This document shows, one piece after another, positions 1 through 9,583 of a stretch of 64,000 nucleotides of DNA. A program made the translations under genes and the position numbers. Positions within the stretch are counted from its first letter, which is position 1; each line of letters starts with the position of its first letter. Source of the stretch: Candidatus Heimdallarchaeota archaeon (GTDB lineage Archaea; Asgardarchaeota; Heimdallarchaeia; Heimdallarchaeales; Heimdallarchaeaceae). The notes beneath the pieces were generated by a model that had not been told where the DNA came from, did not search any database, and saw nothing but the letters and a program-made list of their open reading frames with translations. The stretch lies in assembly GCA_030603365.1 (NCBI GenBank), contig JAUVXV010000004.1:224001-288000 (forward strand). Reading direction: 5' to 3'.

Positions 1-872
1 GCTTGAATCAAAGAAGTCAGTTTTATAGTTACTAAGTAAAGACCAAAATATGTTACTAATGCTGGCCATATCCATAGACTAGCAAACAGTGCAAATACAA
101 GAAAGATTCCTGTTATGAAGTAAAAAGTAGGTAATAAATGCCAAAGTTCTAGGCCTGTTTTATGCTCCTTAAAAAATTGTATCTTGCCTATAGCATATTT
201 TCTTGACTTCGAGCGGAACGATCTGTGATTTTGCGGTCGTTGATGGTAAACAATGGCATCTGGTGTGAAATAAAGCTTAAAACCTTTTTTTAAGAGTTTG
301 AAATTTATGTCAGTATCTTCAGCAGTTAATAATGCTTCATTAAATGGAAGAGCTTCTTTTAACACCTCTTTTCTATAAACTACGTTACATCCCGCTGCAC
401 TCTCGACAAATCTACCTTCTTTGTTAAATATACTCCTAGCTTGTTCAGACCACCCACCTCCTAGAAAAGTATTATAGATAGCTGTAACAGCTTTGCCAAA
501 CAAGCTCTCATTTGGGTATTCAATATTGGGACCAGTGATGCAAACAACGTTTTCCTCTTTCATCTCCTCTAAAGTAGAAACTAAAATTTCCAACCAATCT
601 TCTTTTGCAATTACATCAGAATCTGTAAAAGCTATTATTTCCCCTTCAGCTATCTCAAGCGCAACATTACAAGCAGCAGCCCTCGTTCCCCCTTCTTCAT
701 ATACAATTTTACAATCAAACTCTTTTGCTATCTTAATAGTATCATCAATTGAATGACCATCAGCTATGATTATTTCTGTTGGAGCTAAAGTTTGTTTCTT
801 AATAGAATCTAAACAAGCTCTTAATGTAGGAGCGTTGTTATAGGTGGGGATTATAAGGGACACTGTGGTCAT
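1..872 (-). CDS. Glycosyltransferase family 2 protein with C-terminal TM helices (runs off the window edge)
   Basis: Not in the ORF track. My translation from ATG at 872 gives MTTVSLIIPTYNNAPTLRACLDSIKKQTLAPTEIIIADGHSIDDT, a typical GT2 N-terminus, with a DxD-type motif (FTDSD) further on. Confidence 0.9.
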   Translation of the reverse strand, partial: MTTVSLIIPTYNNAPTLRACLDSIKKQTLAPTEIIIADGHSIDDTIKIAKEFDCKIVYEEGGTRAAACNVALEIAEGEIIAFTDSDVIAKEDWLEILVSTLEEMKEENVVCITGPNIEYPNESLFGKAVTAIYNTFLGGGWSEQARSIFNKEGRFVESAAGCNVVYRKEVLKEALPFNEALLTAEDTDINFKLLKKGFKLYFTPDAIVYHQRPQNHRSFRSKSRKYAIGKIQFFKEHKTGLELWHLLPTFYFITGIFLVFALFASLWIWPALVTYFGLYLVTIKLTSLIQ

Positions 873-889
873 GATTCCGGATCACTCTC

Positions 890-1408
890 TTATATCTTTA
901 AACGTTCTTCCTTAAAGAAGTGTTTCTTTTTATACCCTTTAGAAATATGCATAGCTTCTTGATATTCAAAAATCTGATTTGGATTTTCCGAAAGCTTTGA
1001 GATTAGAAGTTTTTTAGCTTCTTTCTTAAGAGATTCAATACCCTTCTTTTCTGTTAACGGACAATACCATACCAACCATTTAACTTCATATTCTCCTCTA
1101 CTCACTTGTTTGATTTTAATGAATAAAGGAAATAACATGCAATCCAAAGGTCTGTCACTGTAAATGGCACATACCCCATCATCTGATAGAAAAAAACAAT
1201 CATCTGAGTCTTTTTGTTTTGCAACAACTAATGCTTTCTTTTGGTTTGTTTCTATAGTATTGTACCAATTGCTTTCCTTATTCTTCTCACTTATCCTTTC
1301 AAAATCAATCTTGGTTAATGCGGGAGGAGTACTTCTGCAACATTTACTCTCACAATGTTTTGAACAAATTTCAAGGCTATCAGAAGTTATTTTCATGTAT
1401 TCCCCCAA
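890..1408 (-). CDS. YkgJ-family cysteine-cluster (putative Fe-S/Zn) protein
   Basis: CSKHCESKCC...CFFL...CAIYSDRPLDCMLFP matches the YkgJ/CxxCxxCC pattern. Confidence 0.8.
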   Translation of the reverse strand: MGEYMKITSDSLEICSKHCESKCCRSTPPALTKIDFERISEKNKESNWYNTIETNQKKALVVAKQKDSDDCFFLSDDGVCAIYSDRPLDCMLFPLFIKIKQVSRGEYEVKWLVWYCPLTEKKGIESLKKEAKKLLISKLSENPNQIFEYQEAMHISKGYKKKHFFKEERLKI

Positions 1409-2667
1409 AAAGACTCTTTAACCATTTTCTCGATATCATCCGCAGGTTTGATCAATTCCATTTTCTTTTCTTGATTCAAAGCAAATACGGCAGGTCTTGG
1501 ATATCCAAATTGCTCACTCATCGATATCGTGTATGCACCGCAATTCAAAACAACTAACAGATCTTCTTCATCTATCTCAAAGTCAACTGATTCATCAGTT
1601 AATACATCTACAGGAAGACACAAAGGGCCACCAACGTTTGTATATTGACCTTTGCCTTTATATCTCTCAGGAATTACTTTGTAATGAGTATATCTCATTG
1701 GAATAAGTGTATTTGCACCAATATCTGTAAAAGCCCACTTTCTTCCCCATGATTTTTTTGTTCTCAAAACTTTTGTTATTGCAATAAAACTATCTTCTAT
1801 CAGATATCTACCGGGTTCAAGAATTATCATTTTATCTTCAATATTATCGATTAAAGATGAGATTTGTTTACCTAATTTAGTGATTTGAAATCCGCTTTCA
1901 TCTAAAGTAGACTTACTAGCCAAACCACCCCCAAGATTAAGGGTCTTAATTACAATACCTTGTTTCTTCTCTAAATCTTCAATGTATTTATTCAAAAAAA
2001 CTAATAGTTCTTCATAAAATTCATGAGATGTTAGATTCGTACCTATGTGAGTATGAACACCTACAGGATTAAGATTGACACTTTTCTTTGCATACTCAAA
2101 TAATTTAATCCCTCTTGAGTAATCTATTCCAAGTTTGCTGTTTTTCTTAATCAACATCTTTTTTTCTGTTTTTTCATCTAATAAAGGATGAATGCGAATT
2201 GTTATTGGTTGAACTATCCCCTTCATTTTTGCTATTTTTTCAATTAGAACTAGTTCATTCATTGAATCGATATTAAGATATTCGATCTCATTATTAATCG
2301 CATATTCAAGTTCTTCTTTTGTCTTAGCAGGTCCATTAAAAATTATATCCTTGTTGGAAATTCCTGCTTCATGAGCCAATTTAAGCTCAAAGAGAGACAT
2401 AACTTCTATTCCTAAACCTAATTGCTTTGCATTGTGTAAAATTCTACCCAGAAAGTTGGCCTTTATTGCATAAGATATAAACAAATTTGGTAAATTCTTC
2501 TTGAGATCTTTTTCTAACTCTAGAGCATTACTTCGAAATCTCTCCTCTAGATATACAAAAATTGGTGTTTTATTCTTTTCTAGAATTGAATCAACCATTT
2601 TGTTGTATATGTGAAGTTTATTGCTCTTGTACTCAAGATAAGGATAGTTTTTTACAGTATCTAACAT
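1393..2667 (-). CDS. Group IV (alanine racemase fold) PLP-dependent decarboxylase, LysA/ODC/NspC family; substrate probably not diaminopimelate
   Basis: YAIKAN (PLP Lys), HTHIGT, NLGGG, EPGRY, GPLCLPVD and GAY motifs. Confidence 0.85.
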   Translation of the reverse strand: MLDTVKNYPYLEYKSNKLHIYNKMVDSILEKNKTPIFVYLEERFRSNALELEKDLKKNLPNLFISYAIKANFLGRILHNAKQLGLGIEVMSLFELKLAHEAGISNKDIIFNGPAKTKEELEYAINNEIEYLNIDSMNELVLIEKIAKMKGIVQPITIRIHPLLDEKTEKKMLIKKNSKLGIDYSRGIKLFEYAKKSVNLNPVGVHTHIGTNLTSHEFYEELLVFLNKYIEDLEKKQGIVIKTLNLGGGLASKSTLDESGFQITKLGKQISSLIDNIEDKMIILEPGRYLIEDSFIAITKVLRTKKSWGRKWAFTDIGANTLIPMRYTHYKVIPERYKGKGQYTNVGGPLCLPVDVLTDESVDFEIDEEDLLVVLNCGAYTISMSEQFGYPRPAVFALNQEKKMELIKPADDIEKMVKESFWGNT

Positions 2668-2791
2668 AACGCTCTTGCTCTTACAATATTCTTTACTTTA
2701 AAAAATATTATCACTATAAAACAAATATTAAGGTAAGTGAGTTATTTGTCAATATCCAGCATATTTTTGAATATATTATGAAACTTACTTT

Positions 2792-3952
2792 ATGGATAGA
2801 GATACAGTTTTTGCTTCATTCTCTGCAATCCAAAAGAATGTTGATTTAAAGGAAGGCATAAACGGATTAGTAAAACTTTTTGCAGCAATAGACAGATTCC
2901 CTTACTCTTCAACTCAAAAATTATCACAAGAAACTGGGTTTCCAATTCCTGTATGCGTTGCAATAAGAAATGAGATTGAGAAATTAGGGTGGTGTAAACG
3001 AGAAGATAAAGGAACTATAATGACCGCCCTAGGGAAAGAAGTTATTTCTTCTATATCTATCTTAAATGAGAATTTTTCTTGCCCAAACTGTACAAAACCA
3101 GGTTTATTGTTCCCACTTGAAGCATATAAGGAACAGTTATCCATTTTAGAAAAATACTCTGATTTGCGCGGAAAACCTAATACTGTAATTGACCAATCAT
3201 TTGCTACATCAAAAACTAGTATTCTTCGAGTTCTTACTATGGGGAATAACTATGATTTGTTCTATGGTAATTATGCGCTTATTGGAGATAGTGATTTAAC
3301 CTGTATATCATTAACTCTTTTCCTTCATCCTTCCTCCCGAATTGTTGTTTTTGATATTGATCCTAAATTAAGAGAAATTATCAATTTAGTAAATAAAGAA
3401 CTAAACTGTAAAATTGAATTTGTTGAACATGATCTTAGAAAGAACATCCCAGAAGAATTTCAAAATAAATTTGATTGCTTTTTAACAGACCCACCCTATA
3501 CTGTAGATGGGGTGAAACTATTTGTCTCTCGTGGTATTCAAATGCTTTCAAGTAAAAGAAATGGCACATTCTATTTGTCGTTTGGAACAAAACCTCCAGA
3601 TGATTTGTTGGCAATTCAAAAGGACTTAACTGATATGGGTTGTTTACTTACAGATATTTTACCCCGTTTCAATGAGTATATAGGGGCTCAAAAATTAGGC
3701 GGTGTTTCAACTTTCTATAGATTTCATGTGAGTTCTTCAGCTCAACCTCTAATTCTTGGCAACTATGAAGGACGATTATATACAGGTGATATGAATCCTT
3801 TAGTCAGAACATACATTTGTACAAAATGTAAAAGAGAATTTCTTGTTGGAAAAAATCAAGATTTCATAACTATTGAATTGCTTAAGGAACATGGCTGTTC
3901 TCATTGTGATAATAATAAATTCCAAAAGATACGAGAGAAAAAGATGGAATGA
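2792..3952 (+). CDS. BpsA/DUF43-like aminopropyltransferase-family protein with Zn ribbons
   Basis: IGDSDL (BpsA GDDD-like), VFDID, HDLR, TDPPY, F..RG and FNEY motifs; CPNC and C-terminal CTKC/CSHC. Confidence 0.75.
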   Translation: MDRDTVFASFSAIQKNVDLKEGINGLVKLFAAIDRFPYSSTQKLSQETGFPIPVCVAIRNEIEKLGWCKREDKGTIMTALGKEVISSISILNENFSCPNCTKPGLLFPLEAYKEQLSILEKYSDLRGKPNTVIDQSFATSKTSILRVLTMGNNYDLFYGNYALIGDSDLTCISLTLFLHPSSRIVVFDIDPKLREIINLVNKELNCKIEFVEHDLRKNIPEEFQNKFDCFLTDPPYTVDGVKLFVSRGIQMLSSKRNGTFYLSFGTKPPDDLLAIQKDLTDMGCLLTDILPRFNEYIGAQKLGGVSTFYRFHVSSSAQPLILGNYEGRLYTGDMNPLVRTYICTKCKREFLVGKNQDFITIELLKEHGCSHCDNNKFQKIREKKME

Positions 3953-4033
3953 TTTTAAAACTGGAAATAATAATAAAAAGTAACTTGAACCTGAAAACGC
4001 CATAAAAGTTTATTTAGAATAATATAGTTAGGT

Positions 4034-5755
4034 GTGAATGTGGCTAAGAAATCCTTATTTGTTCCTACTTTGATCATTGGGAAAATTCTACTCATTTTCC
4101 TTATACTCTATTTTAATCTAGGAATGTTTGGGTTTGATTCATACATTCATTTACAGTATATTGACGCAATAATAGAAAATAAACACATATTTGAGTTCTC
4201 AATTTCTCCTTCATATTATGATTTTGCAGGTTTTCATATTCTTGCTTCTGGTATATCATTAATGACAGGTATAAGTTCAGAGATTCTTTATGAATTCATT
4301 AGTATAATAATTCCAATTCTTATATTTGATTTAACTATTGTAGCTTTCATACGTCATACTGAAAAGAAAAAAAAAGGTTACATTCCTAATAATATGAAAT
4401 CCCAATATCTAGCTCTTATCCTTCTATTTCCAGCATTAATTGGGATTCAAATGTTTTTGGGGCGTCCTAATTCTTTAGGGATTAGCTTATTCAGTTTATG
4501 TTTGTTTCTGTATCTTTGCAAAACTGAAAGTTTCAGAGCTCAAATTGTAGCAAGCATTCTTGCAGTAGTTACAGTTCAAATTCATCATTTATCGGCTTTG
4601 TTTCTAGTTCCAATTATAATATTTGTAAGTTTATTCCTGATAAAAGATTTCAAATCAATAGTCTCCCTAACATATGCAATTCCTGTAGTTTTGATCATTG
4701 ATACAATTTTAAAATCCCGTGAGTTTGAAAAAGTTAACTATTTCTTATCTCTTAATCCAGCTTATGAAAACATTTTCAACACTTTCATAAAAAATAAATT
4801 CATTTTCTTCTTTCTTTGGATGTCCTTCATCTTTGTTTCATACTTCTCACGGGTACACTTTAGAGATTACATTACCAGAAAATATCGTAATTTAGTGAAT
4901 AAATTTGAGCAAAATAAACATTATAGGGGATTTAGTAAGGTTTCAACAAAGATCAACTTAAACAGAATTGCTTATCTTGGCATAATTGGGATTTTGATAC
5001 TTGTTGAAATAATTGGTCTTTTTTCATATTCCACAAGTTTATCATCATGGTATATTTCTGTTGAATTAGTACTCCTTTTCATTCTAAGTGGACTTGCACT
5101 AATCTCAAGAAATACAGTTAAAATCTCCCTATTCATACTAGGTTTCTTCTTCTATGGAATGACTGTTGTTTTCTCGCTACTATTTTCTAGCGAACCAGAA
5201 CTTTCTTGGGTTGCTCCTAGAACTTTTATATTTACTGTTATCTTTATCTCGCTATTGGCTTATCTAGTGATATCTGATTGGTTACCAAAACTTAGGAAAT
5301 ATTGGAAGATAATCTTTCTTTCCATTCTTGTTTTCAATTCTTATCTGAGTTTTGCTTATATAGGAAGCCAATATCTTCCTAATTACAATCTTACCAATAA
5401 TTACCAGAATCTCACAATCGCAAAAACTATGGAATCATTAATAGATTTTAATGTTTCAACTTCCAGCATACCTTTTTCTATATCCAAATTCATCAATGGA
5501 ATCAATATATACACATTACCCATTATCTTAAGTTCAAGATTTACTATAGACGAAAATGCTTACCATCTTGTACACACGGGTTTCAAATACATCGTAATTG
5601 GAACTACTATGGATCAATGGTTGGGTTTGCCTTATCACTTAACTCAAGATGAGCTGACCTATCTTCTAAACATTTACTATTTTAATGACTTGTCATTTCA
5701 TGTTGTGATAAGCAATGGTAATAGTTATTTGCTTTACAATCTGTGGTGGATCTGA
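4034..5755 (+). CDS. Polytopic membrane protein, possibly GT-C-fold glycosyltransferase-like
   Basis: Many hydrophobic helices; GFDSYIH after TM1 resembles the GT-C first loop; overlaps the downstream GT4 gene. Confidence 0.55.
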   Translation: MNVAKKSLFVPTLIIGKILLIFLILYFNLGMFGFDSYIHLQYIDAIIENKHIFEFSISPSYYDFAGFHILASGISLMTGISSEILYEFISIIIPILIFDLTIVAFIRHTEKKKKGYIPNNMKSQYLALILLFPALIGIQMFLGRPNSLGISLFSLCLFLYLCKTESFRAQIVASILAVVTVQIHHLSALFLVPIIIFVSLFLIKDFKSIVSLTYAIPVVLIIDTILKSREFEKVNYFLSLNPAYENIFNTFIKNKFIFFFLWMSFIFVSYFSRVHFRDYITRKYRNLVNKFEQNKHYRGFSKVSTKINLNRIAYLGIIGILILVEIIGLFSYSTSLSSWYISVELVLLFILSGLALISRNTVKISLFILGFFFYGMTVVFSLLFSSEPELSWVAPRTFIFTVIFISLLAYLVISDWLPKLRKYWKIIFLSILVFNSYLSFAYIGSQYLPNYNLTNNYQNLTIAKTMESLIDFNVSTSSIPFSISKFINGINIYTLPIILSSRFTIDENAYHLVHTGFKYIVIGTTMDQWLGLPYHLTQDELTYLLNIYYFNDLSFHVVISNGNSYLLYNLWWI

Positions 5756-6900
5756 TGCAATCTCTCAATATAGTACAAGTTACGCCTTTCTTTGAATCGC
5801 AAAGTTATGGGGGGACTGAGAGATATGTAAGTCATTTATCGCGAGAATTGGTTAAGCGTGGTCACCATCTCGATATCTTTACCACAAAGAATAGAACTGA
5901 CATTCCATACCAGAGTTATTATGAAAATATGACTATTCATAGATTTTACAGCCCTTGGAACGTATTTGGAATTAATCCTGCATGTTTTATGCTTCATAAG
6001 ATGCTTCAACTAAAGGAAGTGGATGTATTTCATGTTCATTCATATATCTACTTTACAACAATTCAAGCAGCATTAACTAAATTTCTCAGACGTATTCCAA
6101 TGCTTTTACATGTTCATGGTGGTGTTGGGAGACCTCCTTATAAAACGGGTTTTCTTAAAGAATTTGCTAAGTTATTTTTTGATTATACTCTTGGACGTTT
6201 TGTAATTTCACAAGCTGATGCGATAGCTTCTGTGAGTAATTATGATGCTGGTTTACTCAAAGAAATTGTGCATTCTAATCCAGAAAGAATTACAATAATC
6301 AATAACGCAATAGACCCACAATTATTCAAAGAAATTGATCCAATTTTCTCAAAAGAGTGTATAATATCATATGTTGGTGATTTAGAACCATGGAAAGGCA
6401 TCCCATATTATGCTAGGGTTGTTCAAAGTCTCCTAAAACTTACAGATAAAGCTACTTTCTGGTTTGTAGGATACGGATCACTCTATGACTCATTGAAAGC
6501 AAAATTCGAAAATGAAAAACGAGTTAAGCTATTCGGTGCAGTTGAGCATTCACAAGTTCCAGATATCTTATCTCAAACCAATATACTTGTACAACCAAGT
6601 TTTTGGGAGGGTTCTCCTACTACTATTATTGAAGCAATGTCAATGGGTATTCCAGTTATTGGAGCTAGAATAGGTGATATTCCACGTTTGTTGGAGGATG
6701 GTAGAAGTGGGTTGTTGTTCAAAGCTGGGGATGAAAAAACTCTTGGGAAGTTAATTCTCGAAGCTATAGAAGATTATGATACTATAGCTAAAACTGCAAA
6801 GAAAGCTAGAACAAGAATACGAGAAGAGTTTTCTTTTGAAAGAATCACAGATAAAATTGAGCAATTGTACTTTGAACTAGCTTCAGACAAGAATGGTTGA
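5743..6900 (+). CDS. Glycosyltransferase family 4 (start probably ATG 5755)
   Basis: YGGTERYV, HVH and PSFWEGSPTTIIEAMSMG (EX7E). Confidence 0.9.
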   Translation: MVDLMQSLNIVQVTPFFESQSYGGTERYVSHLSRELVKRGHHLDIFTTKNRTDIPYQSYYENMTIHRFYSPWNVFGINPACFMLHKMLQLKEVDVFHVHSYIYFTTIQAALTKFLRRIPMLLHVHGGVGRPPYKTGFLKEFAKLFFDYTLGRFVISQADAIASVSNYDAGLLKEIVHSNPERITIINNAIDPQLFKEIDPIFSKECIISYVGDLEPWKGIPYYARVVQSLLKLTDKATFWFVGYGSLYDSLKAKFENEKRVKLFGAVEHSQVPDILSQTNILVQPSFWEGSPTTIIEAMSMGIPVIGARIGDIPRLLEDGRSGLLFKAGDEKTLGKLILEAIEDYDTIAKTAKKARTRIREEFSFERITDKIEQLYFELASDKNG

Positions 6901-6935
6901 AAATAGAATCAATTAAGTTTTTAAATAATGAATAG

Positions 6936-7126
6936 GGGAGTTCTAGTGATGGTAAAGTGTTTTCGAGGGATCAAGAAATGGACTCCCATAAAGAGATTTG
7001 AACTCTTTTTATTGAATTTGATTAATGTGAAGTTTAAACCACCTTCAAATCCGGATTCTTTCCAAAAGACACAAAAACCCTTAGTTTTTCTGAAGTCTAC
7101 AGAAGAGAATCGGTGTACCTCAATAA
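6936..7126 (+). promoter_or_regulatory. Putative structured RNA leader/ncRNA upstream of metG
   Basis: Nested complementary segments: 6936-6943/6980-6987, 6990-6995/7003-7008, 7009-7015/7120-7126, 7016-7021/7045-7050, 7054-7059/7106-7111, 7067-7070/7095-7098 and 7073-7078/7084-7089. Confidence 0.4.
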
Positions 7127-7146
7127 TATTTACTAGGTGATTAATA

Positions 7147-9198
7147 ATGTCTGAAGAAAAATGGGTAATAACGGCTGCTTGGCCATACGTAAATAACGTT
7201 CCACATTTGGGAACCTTTTCCCAATTACTCTGGGGCGATGTAATTACTCGTTATCATAAATTAAGGAAACATGATGTAGTCTATGTTAGTGGTTCTGATG
7301 CTCATGGAACCCCAATAGTGGTAGCTGCGGAATCTGAAGGTCTTACTCCTAAAGAACTTGCATTCAAATACCACAACCAAGTTCTCCATCTTTTGAATGA
7401 GTGGAACATTGAATTTGATAAATACACAGTTACACATAATCCAACCCACATATCATTTGTTCAAAACTTTCATAAGAAAATCCATGAAAATGGATATTTT
7501 AATCTAAGAGAAACAGAACAGTTCTATTGTGAACACGATAATAGATTCCTTCCAGATAGGTTTGTGGAAGGAAGATGTCCAAAATGTGGTTTTGAAGGAG
7601 CAAGAGGGGATCAATGTACTAATCCAGAATGTGAAGTAATTCTAAAACCTACAGAATTAATCAATCCTTATTGTATAACTTGTAAAAGAGAACCATCACT
7701 TAGGAAGACTAGTCATTGGTATTTTGATCTTCCAGCATTTACAGAAGAGTTACAAAAATTTCTTTCTGAAAATAAACATATTCCTCCATTCGCAAAACAA
7801 AAACTTCTGAGTATGATTGATGAAGGATTAAAAGAACGACCAATATCCAGAGATATGACTTGGGGTATTTCAATAGATCCAATTTTCGGTGAGGAATTTG
7901 CAAATAAGGTTCTTTATGTTTGGTTTGAAAATGTTCTTGGTTATATTAGCACTGTCAAATTACTTGCAGATGAACAAGGAAAACCTGAAAGATTTGAAGA
8001 ATTTTGGTTTGATAAAAATACAAAAACTGTTTTCTGTATTGGAAAAGATAATATCATCTTCCATGCTCTGCTTTTTCCAGCAATGCTTTTAGCAACAAAA
8101 GATCCTTATCCTTTACCTTATGCTGTAGCAACTACGAATTTCATAAATTTCAAAGAAGGACCTTTTTCAAAATCGCAAGGTATAGGTATCTGGTGTGATG
8201 AAGCTATTGAAATACTTCCTGCTGATTATTGGAGATATTACTTAAGTGTAAATCGGGCAGAGCTCAAAGATTTCTACTTTGATTGGGACGTCTTTGCTTC
8301 AAATGTCAATGTTGATCTAAATGATGTTACTGGGAATTTCATTCACCGAACGATTACTTTCATTAATCAACATTTTGAAGGGAAAATACCTGAGAGAGGT
8401 GATTTACTCGAAGAAGAAAAACTATTGATTAAGAACATCAAAAATAGCCTTCTCGAATACATTGAAGCCATGGATAATTTCAAGATTAAAGATGCAACAA
8501 ATATAGCCATAAATATTGCTCGTTTAGGTAATCAATATTTCTCCTCAACAGAACCCTGGCATCTAATCAAAAATAACAAGGAAAAAACAGCTACAGTTCT
8601 TAATATTTCAGCAAAAATAGCAGAAATAATATCGGTTCTACTTTGGCCAATAATTCCAGAAACATCAGAAAAAATCTGGACAGCTTTAGGATTTAATGGC
8701 AGTCCTACAAATAAAGGAATTGACCAAATAGATTTGGAAGAATTGAATGTAGGACAAAAAATTGAGAAAATTAAGCCAGTTTTCTATAAGATTAAAGCTG
8801 ACGATACTCGAAAGAAACTAGAAGAGATAAGAGCTAAAACAAAGAAGAAAAAACAAAAAAGTGATACAAAAATGGACAGGATAAGTTTCGATGAATTCAA
8901 AAAGATTAACCTCAAAGTTGCGACTGTATTAGAGGCAGAATCAATTGAAAAAAGCAAGAATCTAATAAGACTTCAGATTGATTTAGGTGATGAGAAACGT
9001 CAAATTCTTGCTGGTATAAAGAAATACTACAAACCTGAAGATTTAGTTGGTAGACAAATAATTGTTGTTGTAAATTTAGTACCTGCTACTTTAATGGGTG
9101 AAAAATCTGATGGAATGCTTCTAGCAGCTGATATTAATGGGGAACCAATTTTACTAGATGTTGACAAAGAAGTTCCACCTGGAACAGGTATACAATAG
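7147..9198 (+). CDS. metG: Methionine--tRNA ligase with C-terminal Trbp111-like OB domain
   Basis: AWPYVNNVPHLGT (HIGH), GSDAHG, Zn knuckles, YVWFE, IGKDN and PFSKS (KMSKS); SD AGGTGA at 7135-7140. Confidence 0.97.
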   Translation: MSEEKWVITAAWPYVNNVPHLGTFSQLLWGDVITRYHKLRKHDVVYVSGSDAHGTPIVVAAESEGLTPKELAFKYHNQVLHLLNEWNIEFDKYTVTHNPTHISFVQNFHKKIHENGYFNLRETEQFYCEHDNRFLPDRFVEGRCPKCGFEGARGDQCTNPECEVILKPTELINPYCITCKREPSLRKTSHWYFDLPAFTEELQKFLSENKHIPPFAKQKLLSMIDEGLKERPISRDMTWGISIDPIFGEEFANKVLYVWFENVLGYISTVKLLADEQGKPERFEEFWFDKNTKTVFCIGKDNIIFHALLFPAMLLATKDPYPLPYAVATTNFINFKEGPFSKSQGIGIWCDEAIEILPADYWRYYLSVNRAELKDFYFDWDVFASNVNVDLNDVTGNFIHRTITFINQHFEGKIPERGDLLEEEKLLIKNIKNSLLEYIEAMDNFKIKDATNIAINIARLGNQYFSSTEPWHLIKNNKEKTATVLNISAKIAEIISVLLWPIIPETSEKIWTALGFNGSPTNKGIDQIDLEELNVGQKIEKIKPVFYKIKADDTRKKLEEIRAKTKKKKQKSDTKMDRISFDEFKKINLKVATVLEAESIEKSKNLIRLQIDLGDEKRQILAGIKKYYKPEDLVGRQIIVVVNLVPATLMGEKSDGMLLAADINGEPILLDVDKEVPPGTGIQ

Positions 9199-9397
9199 AA
9201 ATAAAATTCAAGGTAATTTTGTAATATCTCTAAAACAATGACTTGTGCCAGTTATGGGATTTTTAAACCCCTTCTCTTCCGTTTTTTTCTCACAAACACT
9301 ATACCAGAAAAACACATGAAAATAGAGAAGTATATTTCCCTAATATTACATCTCCTTTAAATACAACTCGAGGTTGAAAATTCAGAGGTGTAAAAGA

Positions 9398-9553
9398 ATG
9401 AAACTGGTCACAGTACATCTACCGGATGAATTCCTTCATGATCTGGATGAGCTTGTAAGATTAAAACGATATCCTAATCGAAGTGAATGTATAAGAGTTG
9501 CAATTCGTGATTTATTAAAAGAAGAGATGTGGAATAAGACTAACGCCTTTTAG
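9398..9553 (+). CDS. Small ribbon-helix-helix regulator, CdrS/aCcr1-like (51 aa)
   Basis: Below the ORF-track cutoff. MKLVTVHLPDEFLHDLDELVRLKRYPNRSECIRVAIRDLLKEEMWNKTNAF; SD GAGGTG at 9385-9390. Confidence 0.88.
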   Translation: MKLVTVHLPDEFLHDLDELVRLKRYPNRSECIRVAIRDLLKEEMWNKTNAF

Positions 9554-9583
9554 TTCCACTTCTAATTCTTCTTTATTAGAGTA

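Noticed and set aside
493-756. 87-aa + strand ORF, and similar short antisense or alternate-frame ORFs inside larger genes throughout the window
   Set aside because: They overlap well-supported genes (here the GT2 on the - strand) and have no motifs.
6928-7140. 70-aa ORF upstream of metG
   Set aside because: No recognisable motif or SD, and it coincides with extensive predicted RNA structure; left unannotated as a CDS.
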